Source: the human T2T-CHM13v2.0 reference genome, Homo sapiens. From it: a DNA stretch of 64,000 bases. Below, piece by piece: positions 50,421 to 64,000 of this stretch. Made by a program: the position numbers and the translations under genes. The stretch lies in the NCBI RefSeq assembly GCF_009914755.1, contig NC_060925.1; one strand, given 5' to 3'. Position 1 is the first letter of the stretch, and each line of letters begins with the position of its first letter. Under the pieces are notes generated by a model, which was not told the DNA's origin, made no database searches, and saw only the letters and a list, made by a program, of their open reading frames with translations.

Positions 50421-53400
50421 CTTTGCTCTTTGTAAGTGCCAGATTTTTTTTTTTTTTTTTAAGAAAGGAAGGTTGTTCAGTTGTTCAGAAAACATGTCAA
50501 GACCTGCTTTCATATTGACATTTGCACATTTAGCATGCTTGAGGATTTTGTTTGTGTTACAACACGTTTTGAGACTTACACTTTCATTGGCTGCAGAAAG
50601 TCACTGTAGGACGAGGGGGATAATGTACACTTCTATGTGCCGCATTAGTGGTCTCATCATGCTGTGCATTACTGGTCTTTAATCATGTTTGTCTGAAAAG
50701 ATTGGTTAAGTAAAAGGAATGGTTTAATTTATGCTTCTAGGATCACCCCGACTTGGAGGGGGAGGGTAATCTTATCCAGTTATTAATAGGGGAGGTCTAG
50801 TTCTTATGGGAAGAAATGCTCAAGATAACCCAGATTTGGCATGAAAGATGGTGGCAAGTCAACAGCCTACTCTGAATGTGTTTCATTTTTCTTGGAAGCT
50901 ACATCTGCATAGGGAGATAATTTTATTTTCTTATGGCACTTTCCTCTGCAGTGGATACCATACTCTTTTTAAAAATGCTAATGTGATTTAAAATGTGATG
51001 TTACATTCTATACGATTCCTCGTTTTCATTTTCTTTTTTGCTCATCTAATAGATCTTCTCTGGCAGTTGGCTGTTCTGAGTGCCCTCCCATGTTCACCGT
51101 GCCTCATGCTTACCAGCTCTCACTGTTTCATGCCCAGGGCCAGTTACCCTGTGGGCCATACAGCATCTCTCATGTGGTTTGCAGGATGCCCCACACTTGT
51201 TTGAACTTTTCCAGGTCACGGGTGTGAAGGCAAGAAGTAGTGTGTCTGGCTTGGAGACTCTATGCCAGAGTTGGGCAATAGGATATTCCCCCCACACCTC
51301 CATCGCCTTGGTTGTCTCAGCAGGGGAGAACATGCTTCGTGTGGAAATGAATATGGCTTACAGTAGGAAGGTCAAATATGTTTGCAGCCCTGAGATAATG
51401 AAGCTCATCACAATGAACCTGTGGACATTAATCCATGATTTCTTATTGTAGAGAATTTCACTGTATCCCCAAAGCACTCTGGCTATGGATCAGAGGTTGT
51501 ATGCTTTACTACTGTGAATCTCCCATTGTAAAATGTCCGTTTATTTTGGAGGATTTTGGTGAGGGTTACCAAAAGTTTTAGTTCTTAAATCTCCCATTTT
51601 GGTGTCTTCTTTTCTTCTGCTTTTGTTGCCTATAAATGTATAGCACATTGCAGGATAGTAGACTGAGGTCCCGGTAAGAATTTCAGGTTTGATGTAACTA
51701 GTGAATCATGAGTCAAGATGCCTTGATTAGGGAAGATGATGGCAGCTAACAAGGATGAAGTCTGTAATTATATCCTATGATCAGATAATGCAGAGGGGTT
51801 CATATCTTCTGTGTACCTGTGCGTGGATGCAGATGGTGAAACAGATAGTGACTGCAGCTGGTACTGGAGCTGTAGGAGAAAGTTCTTCATTTTCTGAGCA
51901 TCCCAGGACAATCTCTGAATTGCCTGTTGGCTTTGCTTTTGATATGAAGTGTGGGTAATGTTTCATGTGGAAACCAGGCCATGACTTGTTGTGGGGACCA
52001 TTTATAATTGGGATGAAGCCTGAAAAATGAGTTGGAGTGAAGGAATTTGACAGAAATGAAATGACTTGAGGATAGAGACAAAAATATCCTCAATGTGATA
52101 GTTTTGTCTGTTGGTTTGCATGTCATTATTTCTCCACTTCCCTCCACTTGCTTTTTCTGCAATAGGCGCAGTGCATGCTATGAATTAAAGGAGGAAGAGG
52201 AAAGTAATGAGAACAGGCCTGCTTTTTTTTTGTTCTGAAACATCCAGACTCTGAAATTATTAGCTCCATCCAAAATTACTTATCTCTTTATAGCACTGCT
52301 GTACAAAATGTAGGTGTTTTTCCCCCTCAAATTCTGCTGCTTTCCCCCTTCTTTATAGGAACATCTGGTTTCTTTCAATCTTCATATTCTTAGTGAAAAT
52401 AAAACTGAGTGAAGCTTTGCTAAGCTCTCAGAACTCTTGCAAACCCTTGACTCCATGTGTTTGATGAGCAGGTCAGCCACCTCCCTTACGTCATGCACAG
52501 GGCTGCCTGGAAAGCTACAGCTCACCAAACACCAAAGCCCAGATGTGCAATCCAGTCCATCAATGGTGACTCTGCTGATCTTATTTTGCTTATCACTGAC
52601 CACAAAGACATAAAAGAGGAAACCTAAATGCAACTCTAATTAATATCCATTTATTCAGAGAGAGAGAGAGACCAGGTCTTTACTTTCTCTTTCTGCCCGT
52701 CTTTTCATCTTTCTATATTTCTCCCTCTCTCATTTTTAGGTTCAGCCTTTGTGAATAATTCATTATATGTGTGGGTTTTTCCTAGGATTTTCAGAAAAGG
52801 AAGGTTATTTGTCTTCCTCTTGGGTAGGATTATTAAGGTCTCTCACAGAGGACCAACTTCAGGAATCTACTTTTTCTCTAAGACCTTTGTTTTCTGCAGT
52901 GGGACTGTCACACAACAGAAAGGAAGCTGGGGAGAAATCTTGTAACCTGCTTTTTCTTGTCATTTTTATGATGACTGCCTCCTACCCAGCCCTGTTACAT
53001 TTGAGTGCCCCCAAAATATGCAACTACTAGCCTTTTCTACTCAGAGACTGTGGTTAAGTGGAAGGTACGTGTCACTCTGAATCCTCTCATCATCTTGGGT
53101 TTTCACACTGATAAATGCTGAACGACTAGGCTAAGGAACAGTCCTCTGTAACCATTTCTTTTCAAATTCCAGTGTGAATTTTTACAGGAATTACAGGGAG
53201 CAGGGGTAGTTATGGGGACCAGGCATGGAAATTAGTGTCTAACACTCCGCCACCACTACCACCACCACGATGTGGCTTCTAAAGCAGTCCCTTCCACAGA
53301 GGGATAGAAACATGAGGGGCTTGGATCAATGTTACTTTTCCCAAGCCTTCTAAACATGCACAGAGAGGATGCACGTGTGGGTTCACCCATCAGTCATGTT

Positions 53401-54719
53401 TCCAGCATCAATCTTAATTAAGGACAGAAGGTATAGCACAAAGTTTTTAGACTCCCCCAACCTCGTGGTTTCTTAGTGTTAAGGTTATTGCAGAGAGATG
53501 TTTATGGTGTATCTTTGCTCACTGAGCACCCCAAATATGTTTCCTTATAAAGCTTGACGAGCCCCAGTGTCCTCATCTCTGGAAAGCAGGGAGCAGCTAG
53601 AAGATGTGTTCTTATAAGGTGAAGATGGGCCAGATTAAGGGGAACAGCAATGAATGACTTTAAAATGTGTCGGTTATCCAAGAGATCCTCCCTGCCACCT
53701 CCCAGAGCAGTGGGTACTTCTTAGGAGCTTCCTTTATTGTATCTTGAGCTCCAAATTTGTAGGACTAGATAGTTCCACCCTTAATCCTCTTACTTATTAA
53801 AAAAAAAAAAAGGAGCCTCAAATAGACCCATTTGTAAAGCAGTAGTTAATCCCAGAAGCAGGTGGGTGGGGCTTGGGAATGCTATGCCCAGCTAGGCTCC
53901 AGCCACGCTCCAGCCACGTGAGGCTTCAGAGAGAGGCCCTGCCTGGCACCTGTGCCAAGCATGTTTTTTTTTTTTTTTTTTGCCTGTGGGTGGTTGATTT
54001 GAATCACTGTTGCAACTCTGCATAATCTTGAGGCTATATTTTTGTGTGTGTGCTGCATTTTGTCTTTTGCTGCATTTTTGCTGCATTTGGGCTGCATCGG
54101 TTCTCTTCATCTCTGGAGAATTTGGAAAGCCTCCTTCAGATATATGCCTGAGCTTTCCAAAGACTTGTGTCATTAAAGGGGGGTGTCATCTTTCTTCCCT
54201 TTGGGGGAGGGATTAAAAAGGATGTAGCTGGATGGTAGGTAGCAGGCTAGAGGGGAAAGGAAGAAGTGCTCTGGTGTAGATCATGGGTGGAGCCTTGATG
54301 ATACTCAGTCTATTATGGCATCATTGCTGAGATGCAGGACATCGTGCGTGGCCTTCTGGATCCAGAGCGGAGGCTCTGAAAACCAGCACTAGGAGGAAAA
54401 TTAATACTCTCGAGCCTTTCTCAGCCTTCAGCTTTGCTGTAGGTTGGAAGTTTTTCAAACTTTCTGTGCCTCTTTCTCAATTTCCACACCATTGTCTCAT
54501 GGGACTGGTCAGAGCCAAAAAGCATGAAATGGATTTTCAACAGTCACTCACTAACGTCCTGGCAATTTCCAGCTGTGTTCTCCTGGGAACTGTTTTGCTG
54601 CTTTTCTATCAGCGACCATTCCTTTCAGCAGATGATTTCCATCAACATCAAGGCTAATTCCTCATTTAGTTCCTTTGTGTTGATGTCAGACATAGGCGGT
54701 CTGCCCGTTTCATCTACAC

Positions 54720-54905
54720 TACTGGCTGTCAACCTGTGTCTCAGAATCACCTGGAGGGCTTGTTAAAATACAGATTACTACCCCCCACTCCCAGAGTTTC
54801 TGGTTCAGTAGGTCTGAAGTAGGGCTGGAGAATTTTTGTTGGTCACAATTTCCCAGGTGATATTCATGCTGCTGGTCTTGGACATCATGCTTTGAGAACC
54901 ATTGC
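54720..54905. mobile_element. MER5A-like DNA transposon
   Basis: AGAATCACCTGGAGGGCTTGTTAAAATACAGATT..CCCAGAGTTTCTGGTTCAGTAGGTCTG..CTTTGAGAACCATTG. Confidence 0.85.
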
Positions 54906-55542
54906 TGTACATGGTTTTGTTATCTGCCTGGCAATGCCTTTCTAGAAGGCCAGTCTTACAAATTGCTGATGCATTTCCTCATCCCAAATCTCTCTCATTT
55001 ACCAGCTAAAGCCCTGCTGCTAACAAAAGCTTATGCTTTGGGTTTGGATAGTGAGGAGGCTTTGAGACTTCTCTAACAAAATGCTGATGACCTTGAGACC
55101 AGGGACATATTAAGCAAAATATATGTCATTATCAACTTTGAGTTAGTTTATCTTGTTCTTTCAGGACTTATCACTGAGAGCAGGCTCTTCTGAGAAGGGA
55201 CATGCACCCATTTAATTCCAGCACCTAGCACATGCTGGCACATGGTGAGCATTCAGTAAACTTTTGTTGGATGATTTATACCCAAATTGGCTACTATTGA
55301 GTTAACAAGCATCAACAAAGTGCCTCATATTGCCCTGACCAGGACCTGTAAGACCAGGTGTAGCCCCAGGGAGGGGACAGGAGGTTGCCAGGAGGTGGTG
55401 TGAGGGCAGTGGATGGCTGGGAGGGGAGTGAAGGATCATCACATGGGAATTGGGAGGCTGTAAAAGACAAGATTTAGCTACTTCATAATTTTCCTCAGGA
55501 TTCTTTCAGTTTCTGTATTACTTGATGCAGGCTTTCTCACGG

Positions 55543-55572
55543 AAAACAAAACAAAACAAAACAAAACAAAAA
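55543..55572 (+). repeat. (AAAAC)n microsatellite
   Basis: Direct reading. Confidence 0.9.
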
Positions 55573-57059
55573 CCAGGGTATTTGTTATCTGGCATTTTGT
55601 TACATGGAACTCTTTATTAATTGGCATATAGTATAATGACAATTGAGATTTGTAATGGTGACCCCCTAGGTACCACAGAATGTTGGAGTGCTTTCTGAAG
55701 AGCATTCATTGTATTATATTCAACACAGTTCCAATGGTGTGTGCACTTCATTGTATTTTGAGCTTTGTGTGATTTATAATTCATATTGATTATATAAGTA
55801 GCTCATTACCACTTTTTTTGTTCAATTAACCAAAGTGTTCTTCTCCAGCTGTACCAGATGACAGAGGAATTGGTATGTTGTTCTAGAAATCAGACCTTTT
55901 AGTTCTAGAAATATTATAGGAGCTGGAGGTGAATCCTGGTGCAATTGTCATGTATCAGGTGATATTTAGAACAAAGTCATTATTTCAAAAATGGACTAAT
56001 AGCTCAGCAGGCTTTAGATTTACTGGGCAAGTTCCCCAGCTGGTAAGCTGGTATCACATCTAACTGGGTGTGTTTGTTTCTGTAGGCTAACACTGAAAAT
56101 GAACCACCAAGATTTCCAAGAGAGCTTTCAATAAGCATCTCAGCAAGAGGTTGTCAGATGATACCTTCCCCAACCTGACTCTGAGTTATCCAACTTTTAT
56201 GCCTTGGGCTTATTTTCCTGCTCTTTTTTACTCCCACTTCCCTCCTTCCTGAAGGTCAGGAGATGTTGAGCTCTAAAATGATTCTGTTGTAGGGTGATGG
56301 TCTTTAGGTTCTTCAGGGTCAGTTTGAAACTCTATGGAACTTCAGAGTATGACCTGAATAAATGTCTGAGTAGTGACCTGAGTAAGTGTCTAGATGACCT
56401 CAGTAAGTGTCTAGATGGCATCTAGATGACTCTTTTTGGAGTGTTGGGACCATTAAGTCCCTCTAGTACAGTGTTTGTTCATTTGCTTTCTATACTGGGA
56501 TCACAAATCCTACTGACATCTGGTTGATGCTATAGACCTGTCTCTCCTGAAAAATACACATACAATTTTGCATTCAATTTTAGAGGTCTATGAATCACAA
56601 TTTAAAAACATCTATCATGTTAAAAAATTCCCACAATTTGGGATGTTGGGATGCTGGGCTATCAGGAGTAGTGATTCTCAACCAAATATCAAAGCCTTTA
56701 TGAGCAAGTACGACAGGAACTTTATATGAAGGAACTAGAGAGATACGGTTGCACTGGGCTGTCAGCCAGGCTGCTATGAAAGAACACAAACATTCTAACC
56801 AAAGGGCATGAATTCAATACAGAAACTCTTTCTACATCACTGTGAAAGACGACTGTCAAGCTGGAATACCTCCAGTGACAGGGTGCTCTTCTGTTGTTAA
56901 AAAACTTAAGATATAGGAAGTGGAAATATTCCTCCTTATAGCTTCCATTTGTTCTTTCCCTTCCTGTTTTCTGTTTTGTAAAACAATATAGACTCAGTCT
57001 ACTTCCTTTCACTTGACAATACTATGGCATTGAACAGCACAGTTGGTGGATTTTTGGTG

Positions 57060-57205
57060 ATGATAGACATGGCTCTTGGCACATGTGGCCCTTAAGGACT
57101 TGATATGTGGCTAATGCGACTGAGAACTAAATTTTAAATTTTACTGACTTAATTTTAGTTAAGTTTAAATAGCCACATATGGCTAGTGGCTACTGTACAG
57201 GATGG
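57060..57205. mobile_element. MER3-like DNA transposon
   Basis: CACATGTGGC..ATGTGGCTAATGCGACTGAGAACT..TTTAAATAGCCACATATGGCTAGTGGCTAC. Confidence 0.8.
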
Positions 57206-58709
57206 CACAAGCAGAGGGAATACATGATGAGTCAGAAAGCTTAAGCTCCCCTTTGGTTCTGTCATTTGTTAGCCTTGTAACTGGGCAGGGTCTCCTTGGC
57301 TTGGTATGCAGGGCTTCTCATGAGCCACTCTGCACATTGCGCCAGCTTTCCTTGACCACTGTAATCACTGTCTCTCCAGCTGCTTCAGTGGCTGCTGATC
57401 CCTGAAGGCACCATCCTCTTCCAGGCCTCCGTGCCTTTGCACTTGCTGCTTTTCCACCTAGAATGAGTCTGGCTTTAAGATTGTACTCAGAGGTCACTTC
57501 CTCTGTGAAGCCTTCCTTGATTTCTCTTGGCCGAATAAGACCAGCTTCCTCCTTTGGGCTCTCATAGGGCACTTTATTTATTACTTTGTTGTATCACATA
57601 CCACATAATTTTAGTATTGGTTTAAAATCCCTGCAAGGGAGGGGGGACGTTATCTAATTACCAGATAATAAGGCAATGCTTATTAACATCAGCATTTAAC
57701 ACATTAGTTTGAATTAAAATACTTTTTAAAGTGGTGTTTTTTTTTTTTTTTAAAGAAGTGGCATTCCGTTTCTGACTTGAGATAGTCAGCTAAAATCTCT
57801 GAATCTTTTTTTTTATATGAATTGATGACAGAGTTAGTTTTCTCTCACTCTGTTCTCATTCAGTTTAATTTTTGAATCTAGATTCAGGACTCTATGTTTA
57901 TATCAAGTATATTTTATCTCCTTGCTTTTGCTCCAATGTTTATCCTGCAGAGATCCTTTTCAACTGAGAACAAAGAACTAACATTCATTGAGCATCTACC
58001 AAATTTCAGGCTCTACTTCAAACAAGTGTATTATCCACATTTTAAATATGGGGAAGCTGAAGCTAAAGAAGATTAAATCACTTGCCCAAGGTCACCACCG
58101 GTGAGCTTGAACAAGTGGTCCGAATCCAAAGTTTAAGTGATTTCTACACCGCACTGTCTATGGACTTTGCTGTTTCATGAGTGAGCTCCCCACCCTAAGT
58201 GCTATGTCATCTGCAGATTTATAAGCAAATACTTAATGCTTTCATTTGAGTAATTGATAAAAAATATATTTAGAATCAGGGACCCTCTTTCTGCTTATCA
58301 TCAGTGTATTAGTCAGTGTGCGTTGACCGTTCAGCTTTTCTCAAGTATTCTGAACTGTGCTTTAGCCTACTGACATTTCTGTATTTTGTCTGTAAAAATA
58401 TTGTACGCGATATTCTTGTCACATGCTTTACTGAAATCAGTACACACTTTCATGACTACTTCATGTCTATTTTAAGCAGGAGGTAGCATCTTGGTTTCTC
58501 CAAAGTCCACTTTAGGTATCATTTTCAGAGACTCAGACAATATTTTATTTCTTTCTTAGACAATAAAAGTGTTGTGTCCTAGATCTCAGGAGTTGAAGGG
58601 ATATTAGATGTCATCTAGTCCAATGCCCAGTTGATGAAAGCTTCACCTTAGAGTTCAGGATTTACCAGTCTCTGCATGGAAGCTTTAGGGTATTAGGGGG
58701 TCGTTGTTA

Positions 58710-59480
58710 AAAATGACCTCTGGATTCAAATCTCAGTATCACCTCTGTCACTTTATAGCTGTGTGCCTCAGGCAACCTGCTTACCCTTGCAGTGCCTTGG
58801 ATTTTTCAAATGTAAAACAGAGATAGTAATTTGCTTCTGGGGTGTATCATAGGATTTTTGTGAAGGTCAGATGAGATAATACATGCAAAGTGCTTGGAAC
58901 AATGTTTGGCAAATAGTAAGCTGTGAATAAATCTTGGTTATTAGTATATGGTTAATTTCAGATACATAAACATTAAACTTCTGCAGCTATGTTTTCTCTT
59001 TCCAACAATGCTGTCCTACTTCCTCCTGGCTCTTACCAAGTTTCTAACCTGAGTGCTGCCAGATAATGTTTACGTGACCTTGCATTGGTTTCATCACCTC
59101 CCTGAGCCTCAGTGTCTTCAGATGTGAGGTGGAGGTCACTTTCCCTGCTTTGCCTGCCTTATAAGACTGTTGTGAGGTTAGCATTGGCTAATGTGTATGA
59201 AAGCCCTTTGCAAACATATTAGGTATTAGTATTAGTGTTAATGTTGATAGAATTTATAAATATATAACACTTATTGAACATTTACTATGTGTCAGAATAC
59301 TGTGCTAAGTGCTGCCCATGAGTTATTGCATTGATTCTTCATGACAATCCTACAGAGATAGGCATTCTTGTTTTCTGTCTTTCATAGTTAGAAGGATTAA
59401 GGTGTGGAGAGGTTAACTCATTTCCCTGAGATCGCACAGTAAGAGCTGGAGGCCTGGATCAGAACTCGTGCTCTTAATCA
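58710..59480. mobile_element. MIR cluster (+ at about 58710-58945, + at about 59070-59220, - at about 59270-59480)
   Basis: Repeated MIR cores, e.g. GGATTCAAATCTCAG..TAGCTGTGTG..GGCAA..TGTAAAA..AAAGTGCTTGGAACAATG and TTATTGAACATTTACTATGTGTCAG. Confidence 0.7.
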
Positions 59481-62400
59481 CTGAAGCTAAATAGTCTTTC
59501 CATAAGACTTTTTTTCTTCCTTCTCAAAGTTATTGGGTTTACACTTTTAAAAATAAAATTTAAAATATCTACATCAAAACCTGTTTCCTTTATATGTTTC
59601 TAATGCTGATTTTATACCAGTATTGTACCTAAGGACATATTTGGATTTACAATCAGAAAAAATATCTTCAGGAGCAATAATGATGCAGAATTTTCCCAGA
59701 AAGCTTTTGATAAAAACAGATAGGATACTTAAAATGATCTATAACCTTAACAGACTCACTTGATTTTGTCTTTGAACAAAAATGGTAGCAAAAAATTTCA
59801 GATGGCTTGATGGATGGCATGTAGAAGGATCCCCTTTAGATCCTTGGCATCTGGGCAGATTTTCTTCCTGGGGGTTGCCAGCCTCCTGGCTAACTACTTC
59901 CTATCTGCTTAGGCTTCTTGGGTATTTAGGGCCTCTATGTTTGTTCTATCAGATAAGAGAGAAAAGATTGGAATTCATTAACTGTGGAGGAAGCTTCTGA
60001 AAGGGTTAGGGTGCTGTGGGGGGAAGGGGAAACCTCCATTGCTTGGGACTCTTGGAAATTTGCCTAATGAGCTTGGTGAAGGTCCTCTGCTAGGGATATT
60101 AGGGGCATTTTACCTGTGGGAAATGTTTACTGGTGTGGACGAGAATGGAGAATTAGGATGCACCACTTGGCTTCCGGAAACCAGACAGAGCACTCAAAAG
60201 AAATTAAGGAGTGGGCCTAAAAAGTTAAAGGAACTGCCTCTCCTTTCTGCTAACTTTGGATTGTTTTTGCATGGAAATTTGTATTTGTGAAATAACTGAG
60301 CCATATGGATGCACAAGGATGCATGTGTTCTTCTAGTCTGTTGATATGAGGAGCAGTTGAAGGGTGTGGGCTTGTCTGGAGGTGGGGTGAGTAGGTGGAT
60401 GTGGTAACATGAGGAGGGAGCAGGTCTGAGGAATATGGGCCTATGTCAATCCGAGGATCTGGGCATTTTGGCAAGAGCACCCTCCCTTCTCATAGAGAGG
60501 TATTTATTTATTTTTGAGATCACCATCTGCCCCACCACCTCCCCCCACCTGAAGTTCTATGGATAAGGATGTTACATCTCTGGGTAACCTCTTTCCCTGG
60601 CGATGATTAAAGAGTAACAAATGCCCACTCAGAAAGACTGTACAGGCTGAGAAAGACTGAGCTCATTTCTGTCACAAACATCAGTAGACAGGCTCAGGAG
60701 AGCAAAGCAAAGGAATAGATTCTAGGAAATTAGAACTTCTAACAGCTTTCTATACTTCCACTGTGAAAAAGGCTGGGTGCAGAACAACCTGCATAATCAT
60801 ATGCCTTACCATTTCTCTTTTTATCTTACCTTCGTGTCTTTTTATCATATAATTTTACCACCATTCTATAAGGACCTCCCTCCAGGCCTGGAGAGCTTTC
60901 TGTTCCTCAATATGCATCCCTGAGAATGGATGGAGGAAACTAACCTTTAATGAATGCCTATTGTATGACAGGCACTCTACAGTGTGCTCTAGAGGAGTGT
61001 ATCATTTAATCCAACCCCGGGTGAAGTGGATATTGTTCTCATTTTATAGATGATTAGCTTAAGGTCACAGATAGATGTGGTCTGACTGGTGCCACTGGCT
61101 GCTCTCTTTCCATTGTTTCATGCTGCCTTGGGTTAGACCAGAAGACCAGCAGGTACTCTTCCCTAACAGAGTATCTTTTTAGGATGACACTGTGAACTAC
61201 TTGCATGCATCTGCAGCATCACTGGGTATGAGGCTAACTCATGAAGGAGTGAAGGATCAGTAGATGGAAGAAGAGCAACTATCTCTTTCCCATCATTATG
61301 GTCATCATGAAATGGACCTGAGACATCCTGGCCTGGGTCACTGGAATGCGAGCTTGAGTCGGAATCTGAGATCTTTGCTATTTTGTCTTTCCCCCGCCAA
61401 AACTCCACTGCTGCAGTTCCTTTATCTGTCTGCAGAGCGCGTTTGGTTTGGAAATGCCAGTTCCCCTTTCAATATTAGCATGGAAAGTCCATTTTCTTTT
61501 TTCCGGTTCTCAGAGAAGTCTACCCTCAGTCCTTTCTGTTCTGGGGTACCCATAGTGTGAGTCATAGTGTGGAGGTGGCAGCTTTCATGACCTTCTCTTG
61601 AAATTTTACATACTGAATGCAGCTTTTTAAGGAAATGAGGGTTGGGTTATAGAGAGACTGCAGAAAGACTCTTATATCCTGATAAAGACTATAGAAGAGG
61701 CTTATAGTAGGTTTGTGGAAAAGGGCAGCTTTTCCACAATGGTTCACTTCCAGGCCACCATTGTGAAGATTCTAGCTTTTCTTTAACTCTGTTAGAGAAG
61801 CTGCTAGCGAATCCAACTGGTCATGGAGCTCCTATGCTTGACAATTTAGAAGTATTTCCATGGACTCTAGACCCTTTCAAGATGTCCCTGGGTGTGCCAG
61901 GATTTCCATTTTTGAATGCTATTGTGGGATCTCCTCATTAGTAATTTCACCAAAAATGGCTTCTCTCAGTTGTAATCATGTATGCTCTTTCTTTCTCCTC
62001 CATTTCCCTTCCCATCATGTTCCTCATTAGCATAACAGAATACTAGAATATTAGATTTATAGAGAATAAAAAGAAACTTGAATCAAACTCACACTTATCC
62101 ATAAGAAAACTGAAGGCCATAGAGGTTAAATGATTTGCCTCAATAAGTGGCAGAGCAGAGCCTAGAACCCAGGGCCGCGACCAAGTGCCAGCATCCTTTT
62201 GTCACATTTTCTCTTCTTTCCTCTGTACCCTTTCTGTGCTCAACCATCTTCTCTCTAGTCCCTTCTTTCTCTTCTGGGGCTTCCTCATCCTTAGCAAGTA
62301 TATGTTTTTGGTGTTTGGGGCATAGGAGGCTGGATATAAGGATCATGACTAATAAGAAAGGACTTACGTAAGAAAAAATAGGAATGGATAAGAGAAAGAT

Positions 62401-63058
62401 ATTCATAGAGGTGAAGCCAACCAGCAGAGATCCAGTGAGAATTGGTAACAGTGACTCAGAAAAATGGTTAATATTCTTCTTTCCCAAATATGTTGCTGGA
62501 GAACTTTGTGAAATGATAATATAAAACTCAATAGGCAATGGACTTCTACCCAGTGTAAAACCAAGAGCAGATCTCAGCAGATGGGAGAATAGATGGATGC
62601 TTAGGCAAGCACTCATCTCAGAATGGTTGCTGGGCTCTTCAGTAGCCCTAAGAAAGGCAAACTATCCAGACTCTGCCCTGAGAGGTAGCTCTTTGAGAAC
62701 AATTGAGTACTCCTGGGAAGGAGGAAGCAGCTCAAATAAAAAGATCTTTAGATCCCTTTCTTTTAGAATTCTCTATTGGAGCTAAGAGACCAGGGAATTT
62801 TATTTGATTATTCTGATAATAGTTTTCCCAAGCTTTTCAGGGTGTAGGGCTGAGAGTACAGAGAGGTTTCTAGCCCTGGTTCTAGAAAAATCTCATTCCT
62901 TTCCTGGTCTCAGCATCTACATCTGTAAAATGAGTGTGTTGGAATAGTTACTAAGACTCTAAGGTGCCTTTCAGTTCCCACTGTAGAGACTCTGGGATTC
63001 TAGTTTCCATCATTGTTATTTCAGCTGATTGGAGGACACGATTAACTTTCTTGGTCTC

Positions 63059-63236
63059 CAGCATTCGAAGCCTGGCTGCACATTAGAATAAGCCTGGGAA
63101 CTTCTAGAAATGCTGATACCTAGACTGCAGCCAAGACAAATTAAATCCAAATTTCTGGAGATAGGACCCCTGTATTCTTAATTTTGAAAAGCTTTCCAGG
63201 TGATTCTATGGTCCAGCCATGGCTGAGATCCACTGA
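63059..63236. mobile_element. MER5B-like DNA transposon
   Basis: CCTGGCTGCACATTAGAAT..CCTGGGAACTT..AAAAGCTTTCCAGGTGATTCTA..GAGATCCACTG. Confidence 0.75.
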
Positions 63237-63733
63237 TCTTCTAGACCGAGGGGAGCCAGTTACCTGACTTCCTTCTGTTTCTTTTGAGTGTACTTTGATT
63301 ACGTCTTGGCTGCTCCCTCTCAGTTTTCTTGCAGGCTATGGTGAAATAGCAGGAGCCGCCTGGGTGTCTTGAAATTTAGCCTGAGAGAATGGGGTGATTA
63401 ATTCTTATGTGTCACTGCATTGACAAAGCCATTCACCTGTGGCTGCTTCCGACACACCTCCAGCTGCACAGGTAACAGCCTTCTGTGATGAGGGGGATGG
63501 ACCAGACATCCTGAATGCAGGTCTGGCTGAGGAGGCCATTTGAGGCTGAAGGACAGAGTAAGGCTCACCCAGGAGGCCCTTGAGCAAGTGACTAAGAGTT
63601 GTTGACCTTGCTTCCTACCTGGTTGGTTCACCCCTTATGCATATGAAGGTTGATCCAGCATGACTACCATTGAATACAGCAGTCACCGCCTTAACATCCT
63701 TGACACTCCCCTGGGGATGTGGAACTCACAATA

Positions 63734-63927
63734 AGTGCTGTGCTGAAACTGGCTTGTCCCAGCTCTTGAGTGTCCTCTCTGTATGTCTCTTCTAGACTCC
63801 ATGTTCAGTGATATCAAGATGGTAGCTTGAAATTGGCCATGGAGAGAGTATTTATACCCCAGAAATTTGCAAATGCTACACATTGGGGCTTTTCCCCCGA
63901 AGTTAAACATCTATTAGCACAACACTT
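63734..63927. mobile_element. MER63A-like hAT DNA transposon
   Basis: AGTGCTGTGCTG..TGGTAGCTTGAAATTGGCCATGG..GTATTTATACC..GTTAAACAT..AGCACAACACT. Confidence 0.7.
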
Positions 63928-64000
63928 AGTTTTCTACTTAACAAAATAGTCCATTCACTTGTGGAACAGTGGAAGTTCTTCTCTTTATTGCTCCAGATCT

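Noticed and set aside
59745-59759. CCTTAAC U12 branch-like motif
   Set aside because: Lacks the 5' T residues, and the nearest AG/AC dinucleotides are too close to the branch A.

Overview
Primate (by content, human) genomic DNA spanning about 47 kb upstream of, and the 5' end of, CACNA1E (Cav2.3, R-type voltage-gated Ca2+ channel alpha-1E). The only supported coding sequence is the first coding exon, 47165-47430 on the + strand. It ends at a minor-spliceosome (U12, AT-AC type) donor, CC|ATATCCTTT; exon 2 is not in the window. A promoter CpG island lies at about 45.3-46.5 kb, and a second CpG island in intron 1 (about 48.8-49.6 kb) carries two RE1/REST-like sites. The rest is typical repeat-rich DNA: Alu, L1M, L2, MIR, MaLR/ERVL LTRs, MER DNA transposons and micro/minisatellites. 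No new gene system can be demonstrated from sequence alone. The best candidate for an undescribed mechanism is a compact module just after the U12 donor: in-frame read-through to a stop (106-aa N-terminal peptide), a strong orphan U1 site 194 nt downstream, and tandem AATAAA with an upstream TGTA about 520 nt downstream. Other notable items are an L1 flanked by a ~160-bp direct repeat and a minisatellite that forms a T-box site array. Repeat subfamily names and boundaries were assigned by eye from remembered consensus sequences and need RepeatMasker/Dfam confirmation.
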